Of a stretch of DNA of 64,000 bases, positions 47,679 to 55,961 are shown piece after piece. This stretch comes from a bacterium (GTDB lineage Bacteria; Bacillota_I; Bacilli_A; RFN20; CAG-826): positions 102 through 64,101 of the forward strand of contig CAVFKA010000006.1 in the NCBI GenBank assembly GCA_963623195.1, written 5' to 3'. Under the pieces are notes generated by a model. It worked only from the letters and a program-made list of their open reading frames with translations. It did no database searches and was not told the DNA's origin. Numbering within the stretch: the first letter of the stretch is position 1; each line of letters opens with the position of its first letter. Position numbers and translations under genes: made by a program.

Positions 47679-48581
47679 TTATTTTCTCGATGCATACAAA
47701 TCATATGCAGACATAATGCGTTTGGTTGATACTTCCGTATATATTTGGGTTGTTGCGACGTTTGCGTGGCCTAACATTTCCTGAACGGCACGCAAAGAAG
47801 CGCCATTTTCTAATAAGTGAGTTGCAAAACAATGCCTTAATGTGTGAGGAGAAACTGCGTTATCTATGCCTTTTTCTTGGGCATAACGTTTAATTTGCAT
47901 AAAAAAGTAGGTTCTTGAGATCGCCTTGCCTTCTCTATTGAGGAAGATAATTTGGCTTTTTTTGGCCCCAGGGTTTCTTTTTCTTGGCCCATCGATATAT
48001 TTTCGAAGATATTCTAAGGCGAAATCTGAAACAGGCACGCTTCTTTCTTTATTTCCTTTGCCATACACTTTTATTAGTCCGTTTTGCATATTTACGTTTT
48101 TGAACTGTAACGATAATAATTCGGATACGCGAAGGCCTGTTGCATACATTAGTTCAAGCATCGCCTTATCCCTCATTCCGTTGTCTTTAGAGATGTCAGG
48201 GGCATCAAGAAGCTCATCAACTTCCTCGGAAGACAACACAAAAGGTAGCCTTTTTGAAGATCGAGGTTTATCGACTTGTAGCAATTCTCCCTCAAAATAT
48301 CCTTCTTCTTGTAAAAACGAGAAATAATTTTTTAAAAAACTAAATCTTCTAAGGATTGTCGCGGATGACCTCGACATTTCATCTTGCTTAACGACAAATT
48401 CCGGTAGCATATTGATATCAAGATCGTTTGTATCCTTAACATCAGGAAAATTATCTAAAAAGATTTTAAAGTCTTCTCGGTAATTTTTTACCGTCATTTC
48501 ACTAATCCCACGCTCTGTACGAAGATATTTTATGAATAAATCCAACGATTCATTGATTTCCATTTTTCTTTTTGACCTCAC
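47679..48581 (-). CDS. xerD: Tyrosine site-specific recombinase XerD
   Basis: N-terminal SAM-like domain, ATGLRVSEL, HTLRHCFATHLL and LGHANVATTQIYT (R-H-R-Y). The xerD-deoB adjacency matches B. subtilis ripX-drm. The start is at 48581 or 48563. Confidence 0.85.
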   Translation of the reverse strand: MRSKRKMEINESLDLFIKYLRTERGISEMTVKNYREDFKIFLDNFPDVKDTNDLDINMLPEFVVKQDEMSRSSATILRRFSFLKNYFSFLQEEGYFEGELLQVDKPRSSKRLPFVLSSEEVDELLDAPDISKDNGMRDKAMLELMYATGLRVSELLSLQFKNVNMQNGLIKVYGKGNKERSVPVSDFALEYLRKYIDGPRKRNPGAKKSQIIFLNREGKAISRTYFFMQIKRYAQEKGIDNAVSPHTLRHCFATHLLENGASLRAVQEMLGHANVATTQIYTEVSTKRIMSAYDLYASRK

Positions 48582-49740
48582 TTGCCATTTTCAAAGCAGG
48601 TTTTTTCATTTTTCGATTCAACTCATTGACGAGTAATTTTGTTTGGTCCATTTTTTCGTATTCCCCAAAATTCCAAAAATTCATTTGAGTGGTCTCTTCT
48701 TGCGGATCGTATAGGGATTGAATGGTGACTCCGACTAGCCTTATAAGCATCCCAAGATAATTCTGCTCGTATAGTTTTGAGGCCAAAGAATAGATTTGCT
48801 CGCCATTATTGGTTCCTTCGGAAATGGATATAGACTTATTATGATTCTTAAAATCCGCGTCTTTAATCGTTAAAACGATGGTTTTTCCTTTCTTTTTGTC
48901 CCTTTTGATTCCTTCGGCAACTTCATAAGACAGTTCTTTTATTTTGTTTTCTATTAGAAATTCGTCGTTTGTATCAAAAGGAAATGTTTCGCTATGTCCT
49001 AATGATTTCGGATTGAATGGGGTTGGGTCAACTGTGTCATTCCCATATCCGTTAATTTCTTCAACTATCGTTTCATATGTTTTCCCAAAGAGTTCTTTGA
49101 TTTTTTGATTTCCTTTATCAATCTCTTTTTTTAAGTCTCCAATCGTCTTTATGTTCATTTCTTGGAGTTTTGCGGATGTTTTCCTACCTATCCCAAAAAA
49201 CGTTCCAATTGGTAAAGGATAAATCGTTTCGTTTAGATTCTTTCGATAAATGAAGGTAATTCCCATCGGCTTTTTCATGTCACTAGCCATCTTAGCTAGA
49301 AATTTCGTTGGAGCCACGCCTATCGAACATTTAAGCCCCGTTTCTTCTTTAAGTGAATCCATGATTGATTGAAAATAAGATCTAGCGTCACCGACATTCT
49401 TGCATGCTTGAGTCATATCGACATATCCTTCATCAATCGATGCTTCTTCGATAATGAGTGAATAACGTTTCAAAAATGAGAAAAAAGAACGTGACATCAT
49501 CTCATAAAAGGTGAAATCAGGTTTAACGAAAACACCGTTTGGACACAGTCTTTTTGCCTCATAATAAGGCATTGCCGAATGAACGCCGAATTCCCTCGCT
49601 TTATAGGAGGCGGTCGAAACAACCCCTCTAGATGTCTCCGTACAAATTATTACCGGTTTATCTATAAGTGAAGGATTCTTGATTTCTTCGCATGTCGCAA
49701 AAAACGCATTCAAGTCTATATGCATTATAACCTTACTCAT
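48550..49740 (-). CDS. dinB: DNA polymerase IV (Y-family)
   Basis: MHIDLNAFFATCE, SIDEGYVDMT and a little-finger C-terminal domain. Confidence 0.9.
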   Translation of the reverse strand: MSKVIMHIDLNAFFATCEEIKNPSLIDKPVIICTETSRGVVSTASYKAREFGVHSAMPYYEAKRLCPNGVFVKPDFTFYEMMSRSFFSFLKRYSLIIEEASIDEGYVDMTQACKNVGDARSYFQSIMDSLKEETGLKCSIGVAPTKFLAKMASDMKKPMGITFIYRKNLNETIYPLPIGTFFGIGRKTSAKLQEMNIKTIGDLKKEIDKGNQKIKELFGKTYETIVEEINGYGNDTVDPTPFNPKSLGHSETFPFDTNDEFLIENKIKELSYEVAEGIKRDKKKGKTIVLTIKDADFKNHNKSISISEGTNNGEQIYSLASKLYEQNYLGMLIRLVGVTIQSLYDPQEETTQMNFWNFGEYEKMDQTKLLVNELNRKMKKPALKMASEVKKKNGNQ

Positions 49741-49780
49741 AAAACTATTATAAAATGAGCGTTATAAAATGTTAACAAAA

Positions 49781-51574
49781 TTAAAACTTTTTAGAGATAA
49801 AATCGAATATTTGATTTACCGAGACACCGAAATATTTTTCTTGATTTTCTAAACTATCGTGTTCAATGAAGGCATTTGGCAAAGCGAATGCAAATGTGTT
49901 CCCTAAATATTTTTTATCGAATAAGTAATTTTTTACTGAATTAGTAAATCCGTTAACCGTCCCATAAGCATCATAAATAACGATATTTTCATAAGTGCAA
50001 ATTTCAGATAAAAGACTTTCATCTAGTGGATTCTGGAAGATGGCGTTAACGAGCAATCCGTCAAAATCGCTTTCGTTTAAAAGTTTGTCAAATAATTCCT
50101 TGCCATGGGGACCGACTGCGATAATAGCTTGTTTTTTGCTTTTTCCTTTGAAAATTGTTTTCCATTTGAGGAATTCGATTTTTTCCGTTTTATCGATATC
50201 TTTGACATCCAAGAAAGCGCCAACATACCTAATGGCAAATACGCCATGTCCTTTTTCTAAAGACATATCCATCAATGCTTTTGCTTCGCTTAATGTCGAT
50301 GGCATCGAAATTATGATATTAGGAATGCTATTGAGGAAAGCGACATCATAAATCCCCATATGGGTGTCGCCAGTTGTTCCAATCAAGCCGACTCTGTCGA
50401 TTAAAATAGTCATATCAGCGTTGATTCTCGCGCAATCATGAGATATTTCATCATAAGCTCTTTGCAAGAAAGTCGAATACATGCAAAGGATAGGGTGAAT
50501 TCCCGAAAGAGTTATCGCTCCAGCAAATATGGCGGCATGTTCTTCGGAAATGCCAAAATCAAAGCAACGTTCAGGCGTTTCTTCGAAAGCTTTATCTAAG
50601 AAGCTTCCTTTGATCATAGCTGGAGTAATCAAAATTGTATCATTACGTTCTTTCAAAACATCACATGCCAAATCGCCCATATATCTCGAAAGAGAAAGCG
50701 TGTTTGGATGAACATTAACCGGCATTCCGGTATCAATATCGAAACAAGTAGCGTGATGCCAATCGCCAGAAACATCTTCTTCTGCGTACTTATATCCCAT
50801 GCCTTTTTTAGTAAAAGCATGCACGATAACTGAATTTTTAGATGCCTTAGCTTTTTTAAAAGCCTCATCTAACGCCTTAATATCATGTCCATCAACAGGG
50901 CCGATATAATCTAATCCGGCAAATTCAAAGATGTTCGTATCATGTTTTTCATTTTCAATAACCGTGTTGTCTAACGCTTCTTTTTTGTAATAAGGCGATA
51001 AATTTCTTAAAGCCGTTTCCAATCCGCCAACTGGCTTGGATATAGACATATTGTTATCATTAAGCACGATAATTACTTTATTTTTTCTAGATACGATATT
51101 GTTTAAAGCTTCAAAAGATATGCCATTTGCTAAAGAGGCATCGCCAATCACGGCAACAACTTCATAGTCTTCGCCCTTAAAGTCTCTAGCAATAGCAAAA
51201 GCCTGCGCAGCAGATAAGGAGGTTGAGCTATGTCCAGCCTCAAAGCAATCATAAACAGATTCCTTTCTTTTGATAAAACCTGCGGGGCCATCGGCAGTAT
51301 TTAATTTTGAAAGATCCCTGCCGGTTAATATTTTGTGCGTATAGCATTGGTGACCCACGTCAAAAATGAGTTTGTCCTTAGGAAAATCAAATGATCTATA
51401 TAGAGAAATCGTGAGTTCGACTATTCCAAGGTTGCTCGAAAGATGTCCGCCATTGATGGCGACGTCTTCAACGAGTTCTTCTCTAATTTGGCTAGAGAGC
51501 TCTTTTAATGATTCAGAATCAAGCGTTCTAACAAACTCAGGTCCTTTTATTTTTTTAAGATCAAATTTATTCAT
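49781..51574 (-). CDS. dxs: 1-deoxy-D-xylulose-5-phosphate synthase
   Basis: GHSSTSLSAA, the TPP motif IGDASLANG...NDN, and a transketolase-like C-terminal domain. Confidence 0.93.
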   Translation of the reverse strand: MNKFDLKKIKGPEFVRTLDSESLKELSSQIREELVEDVAINGGHLSSNLGIVELTISLYRSFDFPKDKLIFDVGHQCYTHKILTGRDLSKLNTADGPAGFIKRKESVYDCFEAGHSSTSLSAAQAFAIARDFKGEDYEVVAVIGDASLANGISFEALNNIVSRKNKVIIVLNDNNMSISKPVGGLETALRNLSPYYKKEALDNTVIENEKHDTNIFEFAGLDYIGPVDGHDIKALDEAFKKAKASKNSVIVHAFTKKGMGYKYAEEDVSGDWHHATCFDIDTGMPVNVHPNTLSLSRYMGDLACDVLKERNDTILITPAMIKGSFLDKAFEETPERCFDFGISEEHAAIFAGAITLSGIHPILCMYSTFLQRAYDEISHDCARINADMTILIDRVGLIGTTGDTHMGIYDVAFLNSIPNIIISMPSTLSEAKALMDMSLEKGHGVFAIRYVGAFLDVKDIDKTEKIEFLKWKTIFKGKSKKQAIIAVGPHGKELFDKLLNESDFDGLLVNAIFQNPLDESLLSEICTYENIVIYDAYGTVNGFTNSVKNYLFDKKYLGNTFAFALPNAFIEHDSLENQEKYFGVSVNQIFDFISKKF

Positions 51575-51581
51575 TTTATAT

Positions 51582-51597
51582 ACTAAATAACTACTAA
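51582..51597 (+). repeat. ACTAA phased direct repeat, copy E
   Basis: ACTAA-ataact-ACTAA, a 16-mer identical to copy C. It sits 7 nt from the dxs start codon and 19 nt from the xseB stop. Confidence 0.6.
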
Positions 51598-51616
51598 ATA
51601 TATACTTTTAAATCAA

Positions 51617-51814
51617 TTAATTATTCGATGGATTCGCAAGTTTTTCAATTTTCTTTTCGGCATCATCTAAAGTTGACACCAACTCTTTAACGAGCCCTAT
51701 TCCTTCTTCATATAATTTGAGAGATTCTTCTAATGAGAGAACGGAATTTTCCACGCGATCAACGATTTCATTTAAGCGATTCATTTTCTCTTCGAAATTC
51801 ATTTCTTTGCTCAT
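51617..51814 (-). CDS. xseB: Exodeoxyribonuclease VII small subunit
   Basis: A 65-aa helical protein (FEEKMNRLNEIVDRVE...LEESLKLYEEG) directly after xseA. Confidence 0.9.
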   Translation of the reverse strand: MSKEMNFEEKMNRLNEIVDRVENSVLSLEESLKLYEEGIGLVKELVSTLDDAEKKIEKLANPSNN

Positions 51815-53026
51815 TTATTTCTCTCCTTCAAGGACTTCAGAAGTTATTATACCATCTTTTAACTTGGTTTTAATCTTTTGTCCTTTTTTAATGCTTTTTA
51901 TCGATGTTAAAGGTTTCCCAGAATCATCAGTTGTTATTGAATATCCTCTTTTTACTACATTATCAGGATTTGTAGATAACAAACGTGCTTTCAAGGATTT
52001 GATTTCTTTTTCGTCCGATTCGATTATCTTTTTTAAGGATTTGACTAGCCTTTCTTTGATTTCTAAGACATCTTCTTTCGCATCGCCATATATCGTCGAT
52101 GGTTTCATGAAGAATTGTCGTTTACTAAGAAAATCAATCTTTTCTCGATACGATCTTATTTTTTCTTCAATTGTTCCACTTAGCGTTTGCTCTAAATCTA
52201 ATAAGGTTTCCCTAACTTCATTTTGATCGGGTGTAGCCGCCTCAGCAGCTGCCGTTGGCGTAGAAACCCTCAAATCCGCAACATAATCAATTAATGTAAC
52301 ATCTATTTCGTGTCCTACAGCTGAAATGAAAGGGAATGGGCATGATGCAAACGCTCTTACAAGCTTTTCATCGTTAAATGCCGATAAATCCTCATTAGAT
52401 CCTCCGCCGCGTGCAACAATAAGCGTATCAATATCGCTTTCTTTAGCTTCTTCTAAGGCTTTTATTATGCTAGCTGGTGCATCGGCACCTTGGACTTGCG
52501 CATAATAGAACTTCATGTTAACTAAAGGCCATCTGCGTATTATGTTTCTTCTCAAATCCGACTCAGCCGCACTATTTTTTCCGACAATGATGCCGATATT
52601 TTGTGGGATTTTTGGAATTGGTCTTTTTCTATCTTCAGCAAAAAGCCCTTCAGCGGCAAGTTTCTTTTTTAAATTTTCAAAGGCAATGAGAGCAGCACCG
52701 ATACCGTATTGTTGAATTGCGAATACTTGTAACTTATATTGTCCTTTTAAAGCATAAACGCTTATATTTCCATAAATTATCACTTCATCGCCGTTTTTAG
52801 GTACGAAAGCTAACCTTGCGGCATTATTAGCCCACATCATGCAGGATACGACACTGTTCTTTTCATCTTTCAGATCAAAAAATACGCCGCCACGAAAAAC
52901 TTTCCAATTACTTATTTCGCCTTTGACATAAAGGCCTTTTAAATCATCTTCCCCTTCTAACTTGTATTTTATTAAAGTATTTAGACTAGTAACGGAGATA
53001 TATGGAATCATCCTATCGCTAAGCAT
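51815..53026 (-). CDS. xseA: Exodeoxyribonuclease VII large subunit
   Basis: N-terminal OB fold (VKGEISNW), a catalytic region (VARGGGS) and a coiled-coil C-terminus. Confidence 0.92.
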   Translation of the reverse strand: MLSDRMIPYISVTSLNTLIKYKLEGEDDLKGLYVKGEISNWKVFRGGVFFDLKDEKNSVVSCMMWANNAARLAFVPKNGDEVIIYGNISVYALKGQYKLQVFAIQQYGIGAALIAFENLKKKLAAEGLFAEDRKRPIPKIPQNIGIIVGKNSAAESDLRRNIIRRWPLVNMKFYYAQVQGADAPASIIKALEEAKESDIDTLIVARGGGSNEDLSAFNDEKLVRAFASCPFPFISAVGHEIDVTLIDYVADLRVSTPTAAAEAATPDQNEVRETLLDLEQTLSGTIEEKIRSYREKIDFLSKRQFFMKPSTIYGDAKEDVLEIKERLVKSLKKIIESDEKEIKSLKARLLSTNPDNVVKRGYSITTDDSGKPLTSIKSIKKGQKIKTKLKDGIITSEVLEGEK

Positions 53027-53432
53027 TTTTTACAAGAACCTTATCAAGGATTGCGTTAACAAATCCTTTTGTATTTGAATCTAAATATGTTTTTGCAAAT
53101 TCAACGGCAACATTTATGATGATTTTTTTATTAACTTCTTCCGTATCATAGAAAAAATGGGAATAACAATACAAAAACAAGGCTTGTTCTAAGTGGTCAA
53201 TACGATTCCAAGTCCATTTACGCATGTGTTTTTCGAATGCAGGGATGATTTCCTGGATATGTTTGATCGCCGATATTGTCATTCTTTTAACAAACAAATC
53301 GACATTTTCATATGGTGTCTCGCAAATGGAAGAGACTATTTCTTCAACATCGACCTCTCTACCCATTTCCGTATAGAGTAGAATGTCATAGATGATGAAT
53401 ATTGTTTTTTCTTCTGCTTGTTTACGGTTCAT
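53019..53432 (-). CDS. nusB: Transcription antitermination factor NusB
   Basis: A 137-aa all-helical protein placed asp23-nusB-xseA as in Bacillus. AAGAGG lies upstream. Confidence 0.85.
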   Translation of the reverse strand: MNRKQAEEKTIFIIYDILLYTEMGREVDVEEIVSSICETPYENVDLFVKRMTISAIKHIQEIIPAFEKHMRKWTWNRIDHLEQALFLYCYSHFFYDTEEVNKKIIINVAVEFAKTYLDSNTKGFVNAILDKVLVKNA

Positions 53433-53530
53433 AGGTATACCTCTTAAAGATCAATGTTCGTTTGAACTATCAAAGTTTACACCAAAGGAGCCTTCAGTAA
53501 TAGTAAAAACTATTAAGAAAACGCTTTTAT

Positions 53531-53557
53531 AAAGAAAAAGCGCTCAATTTGAGCGCT
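53531..53557 (-). terminator. Intrinsic terminator or attenuator between asp23-like gene and nusB
   Basis: AGCGCTC-aattt-GAGCGCT, with the T-run on the minus strand (AAAGAAAAA on the plus strand). Confidence 0.65.
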
Positions 53558-53561
53558 AAGA

Positions 53562-53906
53562 CTAAATAATAGAAGATACTTTGATTCGGATGTTAAACGG
53601 TATTGTCTCACACATCATCATAAGGGCATCAGCAACGTTATTTTGAATGTCAGAACATACTTTATCAACGGAAGCACCTTTTTTGATGGAAACATCAAGT
53701 AATATATCTAGTTTTCCATCTTTTCTGAAAGTAACCTTAACAGGATTTTGCATCTGGAATAAAGTCGTTTTCTTACGCTTATTGATAACTGCGGCACCGG
53801 CAACGTTATTTGTAGCCGTCTCCACAATGGTCATAAACGCTTTATGAGAAATCCCCATCTCTCCACGTTTGCTATAATTGTTTAAATAATAGTAATCTTT
53901 GCTCAT
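53562..53906 (-). CDS. Asp23/Gls24-family (alkaline shock, YqhY-like) protein
   Basis: GISHKAFMTIVETATNNVAGA is a typical Asp23 N-terminus, in a 114-aa protein. Confidence 0.8.
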   Translation of the reverse strand: MSKDYYYLNNYSKRGEMGISHKAFMTIVETATNNVAGAAVINKRKKTTLFQMQNPVKVTFRKDGKLDILLDVSIKKGASVDKVCSDIQNNVADALMMMCETIPFNIRIKVSSII

Positions 53907-53915
53907 AAATCTATT

Positions 53916-55898
53916 TTACTCACCTTTTATTATGGCTTCAACCTTCTTACTCACTTCTTCTTTTGTGAATCCAAAGAAAGCAAGAACTTCATTTGCTGGC
54001 GCGCTACGTCCGTATTCATCTAAAGAAATAACATTATCGGCATATTTATACCATGTTGCCCCAGAAGCCATCTCGAGCGCGATGCGTTTACATCTTGGCA
54101 ATCTCAAGACATCATCTTGTTCTTTCTTTGACAATTTATCGAATCTATTAGTTGATGGCATCGAAATAACATCAACATAAATTGCTTTTTCGGCAAGAAT
54201 TCTTTGAATATCTATGGCAAGAGAGACTTCGCTTCCTGAAGCGATAAGTTCAAATGTTGCATCCTTTTCGCTCTTGGAGATCAAATATCCTCCATTAGCC
54301 ACTTTTTCTTCACTAGACCCTTCTTGGAGTGGCAAATTTTGTCTAGTTAATATCAATGCCGTTGGATGATCCTTACTTTCTAAGGCCAGTCTCCAGGCAC
54401 CGAACATCTCTTTATCATCACATGGACGAATGACATCCATACCTGGCGTAGTTCTTAAGGAGACTAGTTGTTCTATTGGCTCATGTGTTGGCCCATCTTC
54501 TCCAACGGCGATTGAATCATGTGAAAGTAAGTAAATTGCTGGAACTTCTTCTAAGCAAGACATTCTGATCGCATTTTTGAAATAATCGCTAAAAACCATG
54601 AATGAGCCAACATATGTAACTAACCCACCATGAAGCAATATTCCGTTTTGTGCGGCCGCCATGAAGAATTCGCGTATGCCAAAATTGATATTTTTGGCCT
54701 CTCTATGTTCAGGAGAGAAACCTGGGTCGCCTGGTATATTTGTTTTTACAGACGAGGCAACATCAGCACTTCCGCCAAATGTGAACGGAACTTTGTTGAC
54801 GGCTTCGAGTAAGAATCTTTCGGAGGCGTTCCTTGTTGCCTCGCTTTCTTTATAAGTTGGTGAAACAAGACTATATTTTGAGATGTCTCTATTGAAAGCG
54901 TTAATAAAGTCTTCATATTCCTTTTTGTGTTCTTGAGAATATTCTTTCATGGCATTCTCATGCTCTTTGAAAGAAATTTCACCACGTTTAGCGAAACTAT
55001 CTTTAAGGTTTGAGTAGACATCTTCATCAACCGTGAAAGGAACGTGCCCATTCAAGAATTTGTTTGATGTTTGCTCATAATCATCACCTTTTAAAGGAGC
55101 GCCATGCGTTTTGCAAGAACCCTCATTTGCACTGCCATACCCGATGAAGGTATGAAGGAGAATCATCGTTGGCTTATTGGATTTTTTAGCATCATTCAAA
55201 GCTTCATTAATTGCTAAAACATCGTTGCCATCGGCAATTTCAATCGTATTCCAGCCACAAGCCTCAAAACGTTTTATTTCGTCTTCGCTCATGGAATTTG
55301 AAGTAGGTCCATCAAGAGTCGATGTGTTTTGGTCATATATTAAGATGAGTTTGTTTAGTTTTTGATGTCCTGCAAAAGATATTGCTTCTTGAGAGATGCC
55401 TTCCTCTAAGCATCCATCGCCACATAAACAATAAGTATAATGGTTCATTATCTTCTCACCATCTGGGTAAGAAGCACGAATTTTCTCCTCAGCCATCGCC
55501 ATGCCAACTGCTTGGGCGATGCCTTGTCCTAAAGGACCTGCGGTTGCATCTATTCCTGCGGTTTGATGAATTTCAGGATGGCCAGGTGTACGGCTATTCA
55601 ATTGTCTGAATTGTTTTAAATCATCAATTGTCAAATCATACCCGGCGACATGAAGCATGGCGTAGAGCAAGGCGGAGTTATGTCCACTAGAAAGGATGAA
55701 ACGATCGCGATTGATCCATTCAGGATGAAGAGGATCGGCCACAAGGTGGTATTTGTAAAGAACATACATCGCAGGGGCTATATCTAATGCCATTCCAGGA
55801 TGGCCGCTGTTAGCTTTTTGAATTTCATCAAGAAGTAAGCAACGGATGGTGTTTATAGATTTCTCATCTATTTCTTTTTCGTTCTTTGGATCGAGCAT
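53916..55898 (-). CDS. tkt: Transketolase
   Basis: SGHPGMALDIAP, GDGCLEEGISQEA and a full three-domain length (660 aa). Confidence 0.95.
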   Translation of the reverse strand: MLDPKNEKEIDEKSINTIRCLLLDEIQKANSGHPGMALDIAPAMYVLYKYHLVADPLHPEWINRDRFILSSGHNSALLYAMLHVAGYDLTIDDLKQFRQLNSRTPGHPEIHQTAGIDATAGPLGQGIAQAVGMAMAEEKIRASYPDGEKIMNHYTYCLCGDGCLEEGISQEAISFAGHQKLNKLILIYDQNTSTLDGPTSNSMSEDEIKRFEACGWNTIEIADGNDVLAINEALNDAKKSNKPTMILLHTFIGYGSANEGSCKTHGAPLKGDDYEQTSNKFLNGHVPFTVDEDVYSNLKDSFAKRGEISFKEHENAMKEYSQEHKKEYEDFINAFNRDISKYSLVSPTYKESEATRNASERFLLEAVNKVPFTFGGSADVASSVKTNIPGDPGFSPEHREAKNINFGIREFFMAAAQNGILLHGGLVTYVGSFMVFSDYFKNAIRMSCLEEVPAIYLLSHDSIAVGEDGPTHEPIEQLVSLRTTPGMDVIRPCDDKEMFGAWRLALESKDHPTALILTRQNLPLQEGSSEEKVANGGYLISKSEKDATFELIASGSEVSLAIDIQRILAEKAIYVDVISMPSTNRFDKLSKKEQDDVLRLPRCKRIALEMASGATWYKYADNVISLDEYGRSAPANEVLAFFGFTKEEVSKKVEAIIKGE

Positions 55899-55910
55899 AA
55901 CTTTTCCTTT

Positions 55911-55926
55911 CTAGTAGTTTTTTAGT
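55911..55926 (-). repeat. ACTAR phased direct repeat, copy F
   Basis: The minus strand reads ACTAA-AAAACT-ACTAG, immediately upstream of the tkt ribosome-binding site (AAAGGAAAAGTT ATG). Confidence 0.6.
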
Positions 55927-55961
55927 TTATTTTTGTTATTTTATATTATCTTTAGATAATA

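Noticed and set aside
47679-48581. Tyrosine recombinase as the integrase of a prophage or integrative element
   Set aside because: It has the XerD-type motifs and sits next to deoB as B. subtilis ripX does. It is flanked by housekeeping genes and is close to a dif-like site. No att-like direct repeats or phage genes are present.
51717-52226. Long antisense ORFs in the six-frame track: 51717-52226 (+), 39486-39944 (-), 11629-12009 (-), 5482-5877 (-), 4203-4583 (+), 48... and many 60-130-aa frames inside larger genes
   Set aside because: Each lies entirely opposite or out of frame within a well-supported conserved gene. Their composition is low-complexity Ser/Phe/Leu-rich, as expected from the antisense of GAA/AAG-rich coding DNA. 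None has a ribosome-binding site. They are treated as frame artefacts.
10026-55926. ACTAA repeats as polar replication-terminator (Ter/RTP-type) sites or as three-frame stop-codon traps
   Set aside because: B. subtilis Ter sites also contain ACTAA-like half-sites. Here, however, orientations (-,+,+ left of dif; +,+,- right of dif) are not mirror-symmetric about the putative terminus, and the spacing differs. As stop traps they are mostly on the wrong strand relative to the adjacent genes. They are retained as an unexplained motif.
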